A DNA stretch of 64,000 nucleotides from NCBI GenBank assembly GCA_963702475.1, contig CAVPCT010000003.1:800001-864000 (forward strand), written 5' to 3'. The position numbers and the translations under genes were made by a program. The notes beneath the pieces are model-generated. The model made no database searches and was not told the DNA's origin. It saw only the letters and a program-made list of their open reading frames with translations. Numbering within the stretch: the stretch's first letter is position 1; each line of letters starts with the position of its first letter. This stretch comes from an uncultured Thermoleophilia bacterium. Its GTDB lineage: Bacteria; Actinomycetota; Thermoleophilia; UBA2241. This document shows, piece by piece, positions 20,984-29,873 of the stretch.

Positions 20984-22212
20984 GAGGCCACCTCCGCCAC
21001 GGCGCAGTCGTCGGCGAACTTGACCGAGCGGGAGCCGCCGGCCACGCGCGCGATGACGGGCTCGCCGGCGCGCGGCGACCAGACGCGCTCCGGCGCGTCG
21101 AGCACCTCGTGCAGCACGCTCTCCTCGGAGGCCACCATGAGGATCGAGCCCTGGCGCGCCGCGACCAGCGGGCGCAGCTTGATGCGGTCGTTGATGGCGA
21201 CCATGCCGCCGTCGAAGCCGAGCACGATGGCGAACGGACCGTTGAGCATGGCCGAGCCGTACACCTCGCGCAGCGCCAGGCTGAGCTCGCGCTCGTCCGC
21301 GTCCATGCGGTCGATCTCGCTCCACAGGGGGCTGGCGAGCACGAGGCAGGCGAGCTCCATGGGCAGGCGGTGCTTGCGCAGCAGCAGGTCGAAGAGGTAC
21401 GCGGCCACCTCGGTGTCGGTGCCCAGGGTGCAGCGGTAGCCGAACTGCTCCAGGTAGCGGCGGTTGATGCCGTAGCTGCTGAGCTCGCCGTTGTGGACGA
21501 CGGCCCAGTCGAGCAGGGCGAACGGGTGTGCGCCGCCCCACCAGCCGGGCGTGTTGGTCGGGAACCGGTTGTGACCGAGCCACGTGTGCCCGCTGTACTC
21601 CTCCAGGCGGAAGAAGTCGGCGATCTCCTCCGGGTAGCCGACGCCCTTGAAGGCGCCCATGTCCTTGCCGGAGGAGGCGACGAAGGCGCCGTCCACGCCG
21701 GCGTTGATCTCGAAGACGGTGCGGACCACGACGTCGTCGGCAGGCAGGCCGATGGCCTCCAGCTTGCGCTCGTGGGGCATCACGAAGTAGCGCCACAGCA
21801 GCGGCGGGTCGACGATGGTGCTCACGTGGCGTGTGGGGATCGGCTCGGCCTGGTCGATCCAGAAGGTCTGGTTGATGATCTCCTCGGCCTCGGTGCGCGC
21901 CTGGTGGTCGTGGTACATCATGTGGAAGCAGTAGTGGTCGGCGAAGTCGGGATAGATGCCATAGCCGGCGAAACCGCCGCCCAGACCGTTGCCGCGGTCG
22001 CGTTGTACGGCCATGGCGCGGATGGCGTTCTCGCCGTCCATGCGCGTCCCGGACTCGTCGCAGATGCCCATGAGGCCGCAGCCGCCGTGGATCTTGTACG
22101 GCGCCTCTTCGCGGTACGCGGGGCGGACGCCCGGCTCGGCGTAACCGGCCGGCCGGGCGCTCGGCATGCGCTCGAGCAGGGGTTCGCCGCGGCGCGGCTC
22201 GTGCCCGGTCAT
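20980..22212 (-). CDS. Glutamate synthase glutamine amidotransferase subunit (GltB1/GlxB-like)
   Basis: GCGLMG, RGNGLGGG, HNRFPTN, HNGELS, NDRIKLRP; ATGA overlaps on both sides. Confidence 0.92.
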   Translation of the reverse strand: MTGHEPRRGEPLLERMPSARPAGYAEPGVRPAYREEAPYKIHGGCGLMGICDESGTRMDGENAIRAMAVQRDRGNGLGGGFAGYGIYPDFADHYCFHMMYHDHQARTEAEEIINQTFWIDQAEPIPTRHVSTIVDPPLLWRYFVMPHERKLEAIGLPADDVVVRTVFEINAGVDGAFVASSGKDMGAFKGVGYPEEIADFFRLEEYSGHTWLGHNRFPTNTPGWWGGAHPFALLDWAVVHNGELSSYGINRRYLEQFGYRCTLGTDTEVAAYLFDLLLRKHRLPMELACLVLASPLWSEIDRMDADERELSLALREVYGSAMLNGPFAIVLGFDGGMVAINDRIKLRPLVAARQGSILMVASEESVLHEVLDAPERVWSPRAGEPVIARVAGGSRSVKFADDCAVAEVAS

Positions 22213-23635
22213 GACCCCTCCTCGGGTGCTGCGGTCTCGTCGCACGCAACCGCCGGCGCGCCCACGCCGGCCAGCGCGGCCGGCACGGCCGCGCCCTCGC
22301 CGGCGGCTCCGCCGTGCGTGCGCGCCAGCAGGCGGGCCAGCGCATCGCCGCCGCTCTGCGGCAGCGCTGGCAGGCCCAGTTTGGCGCGCGCGGAGTCGCG
22401 CGGCTTGCCCAGCAGGCCGTCGCTGGTGAACAGGTCGTAGGCCTTCTGCACCGGCTCGGGGCGGCCGCCCTGCGCGCCGGACTGCTCCTTGAGCACGCGC
22501 AGCGTCTCGGCCAGGCCGATGCGCGAGGGGCACAGCTCCAGGCACGTGAAGCACTCGAGGCACTTCCAGGACTGGCCGTCGGCCATCGACGGCGTCCATG
22601 TCGCCGTCGAGGATGCGCGCCACGATGTCGTTGGGCTGGAAGTCCGGGTCGATCGTGCGCGACCGGGCAGTCGTCCCTGCAGGCGCGGCACGAGTCGCAC
22701 TCCTCCAGCAGACGCAGGTCGAACGACTCGCGGGCGCGGGCGCGGCCCTCTTCACGTTCCTCCCAGCGTTCGAGAAAGCGGTCCACGCTCACGCGGTGCA
22801 TGCCGAGGCCGATCTCCTCGGGGGCGTGGCCGTAGCACAGCGCCAGCAGCTCGGAGAGGTAGAAGACCGGGATATCGAGCTCCTCCCCCAGGCGCTGCAG
22901 CGCGGCCTGGTTGAGGTCGAACTGCTGGAAGCAGTTGGGGCAGACCACGACCAGCGCGTCGACCTGGTGCTCCGTGAGGTCGCGCAGCTTGCGGCGTGCC
23001 ATGTCCAGGGAGCCGTCGCGGTGGCCGACGCGGTCGAGCGCGCCGCCGCAGCACTGCATCTTGCTCGGGTAGTCCACGACGCGCGCCCCGAGCGCCGCGA
23101 CGAGCGCCTCGACCCTGGTCGGCTGCAGCGGGTCGTCCCAGCTGACGGCCGGCTGGGGACGCAGCAGGTGGCAGCCGTAGTGCACGGCCAGGCGCATGCC
23201 GCCGAGGGTGCGCACGGCGCGGCGGGCCACGGAGGCGGGGCCTTCGACCGTGGAGAGGTACTCCGCGAGGTGGTACACCTGCAGGTCCTCGGGCCAGGCG
23301 AGGTCCTCTTCCGCGAGGGCCTCGTCCACTCCGTCGCGCTCCGCGCCGTGCAGCGTGAGGTGACGCTGGGTCTCCTTGAAGGTGGAGTAGCAGCCGTTGC
23401 AGGGCGTGAGCAGGTCGAGGCCGGAGCGGCCGACGATGGCGAGGTTGCGCGCGGCGACCAGGTAGTACAGGTCCGGGTCGCCGGCCTTCACCAGCGTGCC
23501 TTCCGGGCAGCAGGTATGCCCTTCGAGTTCGCGGGCCTGCACGTCCAGGTCCTCGAGGACGAGGCGCGTGGCCTTCTCGATCGCCGGGAAGCGCGCGGGG
23601 ATGGTGCATCCCCAGAACACCGCGTAGTCCCTCAT
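22209..23635 (-). CDS. Heterodisulfide reductase-like HdrB-HdrC fusion, frameshifts near 22660 and 22590
   Basis: FWGCTIP, TCCP..PCNGC, HYGCH, QCCGG..CPNC (two CCG domains); then CDSCRACRDDCP and CLECFTCLELCP. Confidence 0.85.
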
Positions 23636-23714
23636 GCTGCTTCGTTCCTCACGCCGCCACCTCTCCGTCCTCCTGCTGCCGGGTGTCCTTGCCACCGCCA
23701 CCCCGGGACGAGAA

Positions 23715-23795
23715 CGCTCCCCGGAGAGACCCTCGCGGGTCCCGCCGGGGAGCGCCGTTGCTCCCTGCATGTGGGCGGCACGCCGTCGTGCCGCC
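23715..23795 (-). promoter_or_regulatory. ANTAR-target dual hairpin plus overlapping terminator-like stem (proximal copy)
   Basis: GGCGGCAC-GACGGC-GUGCCGCC and GGAGC-AACGGC-GCUCC; second hairpin shares CGCUCCCCGG with stem 23715-23754. Confidence 0.75.
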
Positions 23796-23843
23796 GAGCC
23801 TGCTCCGCGGAGCCGTCCTCCACGAACGGCTCGTGCGCCGTGG

Positions 23844-23969
23844 TTACGCGTCCGAGCGCGACTCCGGCTCGCTTACCGTCGGTGGCGGGGCCTTGATCTC
23901 GGGCGACACTGGATGTTCGACCGGCGCATCGGCCGGCATGCTGGTCGGGTTGTAGCCCTTGTACGTCAT
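23844..23969 (-). CDS. 41-aa Pro-rich small ORF between the two ANTAR elements
   Basis: GGAGG RBS 5 nt before ATG; MTYKGYNPTSMPADAPVEHPVSPEIKAPPPTVSEPESRSDA. Confidence 0.5.
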   Translation of the reverse strand: MTYKGYNPTSMPADAPVEHPVSPEIKAPPPTVSEPESRSDA

Positions 23970-24035
23970 CTCTGCCTCCGTCGGCGTCTGCGTGCCCCGT
24001 GCCGGGGCCGCGTTGGTGGCTCTGCTCGAGTCCCG

Positions 24036-24116
24036 AAACGAAAAAGGCCCCCCGGTCAGCGAAGACCGGGGAGCGCCATTGCTCCTCGTTTCAAGATGGC
24101 GGCACGCCGTTGTGCC
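24036..24116 (-). promoter_or_regulatory. ANTAR-target dual hairpin plus intrinsic terminator (distal copy)
   Basis: GGCAC-AACGGC-GUGCC, 15 nt, GGAGC-AAUGGC-GCUCC (hexaloops with A1 and G4); terminator GGCGCUCCCCGGUC-N6-GACCGGGGGGCC-UUUUU. Confidence 0.88.
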
Positions 24117-24124
24117 GTTCACAG

Positions 24125-24153
24125 AGGATACCACGGTCGCGGCGCGCCGCAAA
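24125..24153 (-). promoter_or_regulatory. Sigma-A promoter of the glutamate synthase operon
   Basis: Extended -10 TGGTATCCT 8 nt before the first hairpin; TTGCGG -35. Confidence 0.6.
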
Positions 24154-24331
24154 CAACCGGTCGCACGGGCCGCTCCTGCGCCGCGCCCCGGGCCGGCTCT
24201 GCCGGCGGTGGGCGCGGCGCAGCGCATGATGCTCACGCCGGGACTGCTGCATCGTCCACCCACCGCTTCGCCAATGTCACCCGACTTGGACAGGCGAGGC
24301 ACGCTGCGCCGCGACGCCGGCTGGTACGCTC

Positions 24332-24366
24332 TTGACATGGAGCACGTTCATGACCAGAGTAGTCAT
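24332..24366 (+). promoter_or_regulatory. TA promoter with operator, leaderless
   Basis: TTGACA-N17-CAGAGT; ATGAC-N7-GTCAT palindrome directly before ATG. Confidence 0.6.
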
Positions 24367-24648
24367 ATGATTGTCACTACGATAGCCACCCTGAAGGCCT
24401 CGCTCAGCGAGCTGCTGGCCGGCGTCAAGGCCGGCGAGGAGGTCGTGGTGACCGACCGCGGGCGTCCGGTCGCGCGCATCGTCCCTTACGTCTCCGGCAC
24501 TGCCGAGCTCGACGATCTCGTGCGCACCGGCCAGCTGCGTCGCGGCGGCGAGCCCCTGCCGCCGGGGTTCTGGTCCAGGTCGCTGCCGGCCGACGCCGAG
24601 GGCCGGCTGCTCCAGGCTCTTCTAGACGAGCGCGAAGGCGGCCGGTGA
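24367..24648 (+). CDS. Phd/YefM family antitoxin
   Basis: LKASLSELLAGVKAGEEVVVTDRGRPVARIVP. Confidence 0.9.
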   Translation: MIVTTIATLKASLSELLAGVKAGEEVVVTDRGRPVARIVPYVSGTAELDDLVRTGQLRRGGEPLPPGFWSRSLPADAEGRLLQALLDEREGGR

Positions 24649-24658
24649 GGTCCGCCTT

Positions 24659-25090
24659 GTGAGGTTCTGGGACTCCTCGGCGCTGATCCCGCTCTTCGTT
24701 CTCGAGGCGCACTCGCAGGCCGTGAAGGCACTGGCCGAGGCCGACCCACACATGGCCGTATGGTGGGCCACCCCGGTGGAGTGCGCGAGCGCCGTGCACC
24801 GGCTGCGCAGGGAGGGGGTCTTCTCGGCCGGCGAGGCGGCGCATGTTCTCGCGGCGATGTCCATGGCGCTCGGCGCCGCCGACACCGTGCAGGCCGGCGA
24901 CGCGCTCTGCGCCAAGGCTCTCCGTCTGCTGGGCGTCCATCCGCTCCGCGCCGCAGACGCCCTTCAGCTGGCCGCAGCCCTCATCCTGGTGCGCGACGCT
25001 CCCGCCGGCCGCGAGCTCGTGAGCCTGGACGAGCGTTTGCGGGAGGCGGCGCTCCTCGAGGGCTTTCGCGTGCTGCCGGAGTCAGTCTGA
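24659..25090 (+). CDS. VapC family PIN toxin
   Basis: FWDSSALIP, LRAADALQLA, SLDERL. Confidence 0.9.
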   Translation: MRFWDSSALIPLFVLEAHSQAVKALAEADPHMAVWWATPVECASAVHRLRREGVFSAGEAAHVLAAMSMALGAADTVQAGDALCAKALRLLGVHPLRAADALQLAAALILVRDAPAGRELVSLDERLREAALLEGFRVLPESV

Positions 25091-25208
25091 GGCCAGGACC
25101 CGCCGGCGATTCCTCATCATCGCGTCGCACGCGCTGCTCGCTGTGAACGGCGTCCTCGTCGGCAGTCCGGCCGCCAGGCCCGATCCCTCGCGGCGTCGAC
25201 GCCTCGAC

Positions 25209-25577
25209 TCAGAGGTGCTTCTCCAGCCACTCGCGATGGAACCGCGAGGGCCCCTGTGCCGAGTCGAACAACATCCCGTGCCAGCCTGGGACCCACTGGA
25301 AGAGCTTCGGCTCGGGCGTGGCGGCGAACATCGCGGCGATGCGCTCGGGCGCGAAGCAGCCGTCGTCGAAGTCCTCCTTGGTGTACTGGAAGAGGAAGGC
25401 CGCGCCGCGACTGTGGGCGATGTACTCGGCAGGGTCCTGCACCTCCCCGTCAAGGCGGGGAGGCAGGCCGCGGATGCTCCCGCCGGCGTAGGTGAGCACG
25501 TAGGCCTTGATACGCCGGTCCACGCCGGCGAGGAGGGCGCCGGTGGCCCCGCCCCAGCGGTCCCTGTGAGTCCTCAT
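25209..25577 (-). pseudogene. C-terminal remnant of an alpha/beta hydrolase
   Basis: Begins at broken nucleophile elbow (xWGGATGALLAGVDRRIKA), ends with PGWH. Confidence 0.5.
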
Positions 25578-25957
25578 GGCCAAGCCCCTTCCCCCTGCGC
25601 TCCCAGGCTCCGGAGGAGCCGGTCCCCACGGTCCCCACAAAGCACGAAGACCGACCCGCGGGCCGGTCTCACCAGTGGCTCCCCGCCCGATGAAGGTGGC
25701 CGTCAGGTACCTCCGGCGGATCTTGGCCTCCCGTGTGCAGCGCTGCACGTCTCAGGAGTCTCGTATGAAAACGGTATACGCCCGACGGCTGACGTCTTCA
25801 AGCGTTTGGGCAGAGGCCGTGCGAGAACCGAGACGCGCACCAGCCGACCCTTGACAGTGAGCCTGAGGGGCTGCTCCGAGGGGCTGCTCATCGTTGTGCG
25901 GCGGGCCTTGGACCTACAGGCGAATGGCGAGCGGAGAGACGGGACGCCCGTCGTGGC

Positions 25958-26527
25958 CTACTCCAGCATCTCGTGGGCGGTGATGACCGCCTCGGCGACC
26001 TCTTTGAGGGACTTGCGCTTGTCCATGGCCTGCCTCTGCAGGCGCTTGAAGGCATCGGGCTCGCTCAGGCCGCCGGCCATCAGGATGCCCTTGGCGCGGT
26101 CGAGCAGCTTGCGCGTCTCCAGGCGCTCGGTGAGGTCCTCGACCTGCTCGGAGAGCGCACTCATCTCCGCGAAGCGGCTGACGGCGATCTGCATGGCGGG
26201 CACGATCTCGGCGCGCGTGAAGGGCTTGACCACGTAGCCCATGGCCCCGGCGCGCGCCGCCTCGTCCACGAGGCTGGCCTGGGAGTAGGCGGTGACCATC
26301 ACGACCGGTGCGATGCTCTCGCCGGAGATGACCCTGGCCGCCTCGATGCCGTCGACATTCGGCATCCTGACGTCCATGAAGACGATGTCGGGCCGCGTGG
26401 AACGGGCCAGATCGATGGCCTGGGCTCCGTCGCGCGCCTCACCGACCACCTCGTGGCCCTCTTCCTCGAGCATCTCGCGCAGGTCCATACGGATGAGCGC
26501 TTCGTCCTCGGCGATCAGGATACGCAC
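25958..26527 (-). CDS. pdtaR: REC-ANTAR response regulator (RNA antiterminator)
   Basis: IAEDE, FMDVRMP, YVVKPF; ANTAR RKLLDRAKGILM..EPDAFKRLQRQAM. Confidence 0.93.
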   Translation of the reverse strand: MRILIAEDEALIRMDLREMLEEEGHEVVGEARDGAQAIDLARSTRPDIVFMDVRMPNVDGIEAARVISGESIAPVVMVTAYSQASLVDEAARAGAMGYVVKPFTRAEIVPAMQIAVSRFAEMSALSEQVEDLTERLETRKLLDRAKGILMAGGLSEPDAFKRLQRQAMDKRKSLKEVAEAVITAHEMLE

Positions 26528-26549
26528 GGCTCTCTCCTCGCCGGCTGTC

Positions 26550-27969
26550 TCAGTCCCGCAACTCGAGGAGCGGGACGCGGATGGTGATGACGGCGCCGGT
26601 GGCCTCTCTGGGCCCGGCGCTGAGCGAGCCCCGCAGGTCCTCCTCGACCAGCGTGCGGACGATCGAGAACCCCAGGCCGCGACTGGTCGCAGGATCGAAG
26701 CCCTCCGGCAGGCCGCGGCCGTCGTCCACGACGGTGATCGTGAGCTCGTCGCCCTCGCGCACCAGGTCGACGGTGACGCGACCCGGTGCGCCCGGCGCGA
26801 AGGCGTGCTCGAGCGCGTTGTGCACGAGCTCGGTGAGGGCGAGGGCCAGCGACGTGGCCTCGCCCGCCGTGATGTACCCGGTGCTGCCGCTCACCTGCAC
26901 GGTGATGTCCTGGTCCACGGTGAGCACGCCGCTGCGCACCAGGTCCACGACGCGGCGCGTGGCCTCGGCGAAGTCCACGCGCTCGTGGTCCGAGTGGGCC
27001 AGCAGGTCGTGGACGGTGGCCATGGAGGCGGCGCGCTCGGTGGCCTCGGTGAGGGCGCGGCGCACCTCGTCGTTGTCGCTGCGCCGCGCCTGCATGCGCA
27101 GGAGCGACGCGATGGTCTGCAGGTTGTTCTTCACGCGGTGGTGGACCTCGCGGATGGTCGCCTCCTTGATGCCCAGCTCGCGCTCACGGCGGCGGGCCTC
27201 GGTGAGGTCCTCGACCAGGACAAGCAGGCTGGACGAGAGGGCGATCGTCCGGTAGCTGAGCGTGCGGCCAGCCGACCTCAAGCTCGCTGGCCAGGGCCCC
27301 GCTGCCGCCGAGGAGCGGCGAGATGCCCACCGCGCCGCCCGGCAGCTCGCCGGCGCGCATGCCGGTCACGCGCTCCTCCACGCCGGCGCTGCGCATGATG
27401 CTCACGGCGTTGGGCGACGCGTACACGAGGTCGCCGCGGGGACCCACACGCAGCACGCCGTCGCCGGCGCGGCGCTCGGTGGCGAACGGCAGGCCGCTGC
27501 GGCTCTCGAGCAGCGGCCCGGTGCGCAGCGTCTGCATGAGGTCCCGTGCCGCGTCGATGAAGGCGGTCTCCATGCGGCTGGCGGTGGTCTCGATCTGCTC
27601 GCCGTAGGTGCGCAGGATCACGGCGTACGGTTCGGGGTCGCCGATGGGGTACGCGTCTGTGGTGCGCGTCACGCCGTTGGGGCCGCGCCGGGGTGTGCCG
27701 AGCACGGGCTGGCGGAGCGCCACCGCTTCGTACGCCTCGGGCTCCACGTCCGGCGACAGGACGTCCCCCCCGCGCGAGGTGGGGAAGGGGTCCATGGCGG
27801 TCGCCGGCCGGGCGTCGGCGAGGACGCTCAGGGTGCCGTCGTCCTCCAGCCAGGCGAGGGCGGCGTCGCCGTAGCCGAGGTCGGCCACGAGCTGCAGGTT
27901 CGCGGTGACGTTCTCGAGGTGGCTGTGGGCGTCGGCCGGGATGGGCGCTGCGGGCTGGTCCTCGTCCAT
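26550..27969 (-). CDS. pdtaS: Cytosolic sensor kinase PdtaS/EutW type (GAF-PAS-HisKA_2-HATPase), frameshift near 27270
   Basis: LQLVADLGYGD, RAGDG..YASPNA, EVHHRVKNNLQ, ELVHNALEH, DDGRG, GLGFSIV. Confidence 0.9.
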
Positions 27970-28062
27970 GGGGCGAAAGTATATGTGAACAGAACGGGAC
28001 GCTGCCGGGGGGCGGCGGACTCACACCGCATGTCGTGCCGCACGGGGGGTCTTGTACTCGAA

Positions 28063-28104
28063 GCACTCAGGCTTGACAGCTCGAAAGCAATCAAGCCTGA
28101 GTGC
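28063..28104. repeat. Perfect 14-bp inverted repeat (terminator or part of a structured RNA)
   Basis: GCACTCAGGCTTGA-N14-TCAAGCCTGAGTGC. Confidence 0.6.
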
Positions 28105-28175
28105 CGGAATGCGGACTCATCCCGTCGGCATCCCCACGCGATCGGGGCTTTGCGGCCAGGTCGCGTTGCCGCCGA

Positions 28176-29372
28176 TCAGCCGCCGCCGGCCCGCTCGCGC
28201 CGCCGACCCCTGCCCGTGGCCCAGCGGCCGAGTGGGTCCGCGTACCGCGTGAGCAGCGGCCCGCCTATGGCGGTGAAGAGCACGTACGTGGCCGCCAGCG
28301 GGGCCAGCACGCTCTCCAGGCCGGCGGCCACTCCGAGCCCGGCGATGACGATGCTGAACTCTCCGCGTGCCACCAGCGCCGTGCCGGCGCGCAGGCGGCC
28401 GGCCACGCCGCTGGTCCTGCGCGCCGCGATCCAGCCGGTCAGGATCTTGGTCGCGGCGGTCACCACGAGCAGCACGGCCGCCACGCCCAGCACGCTCGGG
28501 ATCGCCCCCACGTCGATCTGGATCCCGAACAGCACGAAGAAGATCGCCGCGAAGACGTCGCGCAGCGGGCTGAGCAGCTCGCGGGCGCGGGCCGCGAGCG
28601 AGCCCGATATCGAGAGCCCGACGAGGAACGCGACCACCGCGGAGGACACGCTGATCAGCTCGGCGGCGCCTCCCACCAGGAGCAGCAGGCCCATGACGGT
28701 GAGCAGCACGACCTCGCTCTTGGGGTGCGCCAGCCCGCGAGAGAGGATGTGGCCGTGCCGCCTCGCCACCGCGAGCGCCACGACGGCGAGGCCGACGGCG
28801 GCGACGGCGAGCCCGATGCCTCGCCACGCACTCCCGCCGGCGAGCAGGACGGCCAGCAGCGGCAGGTACGGCGCCATCGCGAGGTCCTCGGTCACGAGCA
28901 CGGAGAGCACCGGGGGCGTCTCCGAGTTGCCCAGGCGGCCGAAGTCGTCGAGCACCTTGGCCACGATCCCCGAGGACGAGATGTAGGTCACGCCGCCGAG
29001 GACGACGCCTGGGAGGACGCCCCATCCCAGGAGCAGCGCGGCGATGAACCCCGGCGGGAAGTTCAATACGAAATCGGCGATCCCGGCCCCGAAGCCGGAT
29101 CGCAGGCTGCCCACGACGTCCTCCGCCGTGTACTCCAGGCCGAACAGGAACAGCAGCAGGATGACGGCGAGGAGCGACTCCACGGAGACGAGGAGCGGAT
29201 CGATCGTCGGAGGGGCGACGTAGCCGATCCCGAGCCCGGCAAGCAGGTAGAGAGGGATGGGGGAGAAGCCGGTCCGGACCGCGACGCGGGCGAGCACCGC
29301 CAGCACCAGCAGCACCAGACCCACTTCGAGCAGGAAGCGCGCGCTGCCGGGCGTGACGGCGAGCACTCCCAC
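28176..29372 (-). CDS. CPA2 cation:proton antiporter (KhtU-like)
   Basis: PIPLYLLAG, LFGLEY, YISSSGIVAK, EDLAMA, RGEFSIVIA. Confidence 0.9.
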   Translation of the reverse strand: MGVLAVTPGSARFLLEVGLVLLVLAVLARVAVRTGFSPIPLYLLAGLGIGYVAPPTIDPLLVSVESLLAVILLLFLFGLEYTAEDVVGSLRSGFGAGIADFVLNFPPGFIAALLLGWGVLPGVVLGGVTYISSSGIVAKVLDDFGRLGNSETPPVLSVLVTEDLAMAPYLPLLAVLLAGGSAWRGIGLAVAAVGLAVVALAVARRHGHILSRGLAHPKSEVVLLTVMGLLLLVGGAAELISVSSAVVAFLVGLSISGSLAARARELLSPLRDVFAAIFFVLFGIQIDVGAIPSVLGVAAVLLVVTAATKILTGWIAARRTSGVAGRLRAGTALVARGEFSIVIAGLGVAAGLESVLAPLAATYVLFTAIGGPLLTRYADPLGRWATGRGRRRERAGGG

Positions 29373-29377
29373 GGCGG

Positions 29378-29864
29378 CTACGTGCTCCGGAGCAGCCGTG
29401 AGAGAGCGTCGACGCCGTCCGGCGTGCCGACCGCGACGACTGTGTCGCCGCCTTGCAGACGTGAACGCCGAGGGCGGCGAAGCGATGGTGGCGTCGTCGC
29501 GGATCACGGCCACGATGGACGCGGCCTCCTCGTCCTCGTGCTCCACGTCGTGCACCGTTCGACCGACGGCCGGCGCCGAGGGGGCTACGGCCAGCCAGTC
29601 GATGCTGAGGCCCTGCAGGGAGAGGCGCATGGCCGTGACCTCTTCGGTCACCTGCGACTGACCGAGGGCCTCGGCGAGCGCCTTGGCGTCGTCGCGCGCG
29701 AGGCGGAGGACCTCGTGGCAGGCGTCGGGGTCGTCCCTGCTGCAGAGCATGATCTCGCAGCGGCCGCTGGCGTGGTTGATCACGACGACCTTGGACCCGT
29801 CACCGGTGGTGAAGTCGAAGCGGATGCCGACGCCGGGGAGGCGTGTCTCGTTCACTCTGGACAT
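29378..29864 (-). CDS. Antiporter regulatory subunit with TrkA-C domain (KhtT-like), frameshift near 29460
   Basis: ETRLPGVGIRFDF, SIVAVIRD; corrected end LQGGDTVVAVGTPDG..*. Confidence 0.85.
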
Positions 29865-29873
29865 GGTGTCAGT

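Noticed and set aside
18521-23770. 1749-aa ORF suggesting a giant Hdr-glutamate synthase polyprotein
   Set aside because: Chance read-through caused by frameshifts; long stretches are off-frame and separate start/stop overlaps exist
28063-28104. CIRCE (HrcA) or HAIR (HspR) operator
   Set aside because: GCACTC/GAGTGC are 30 bp apart rather than 9, the HAIR consensus is not met, and no chaperone genes are adjacent
28176-29864. KhtT-KhtU fusion
   Set aside because: Frameshift near 29460; the corrected KhtT ends at TAG 29378
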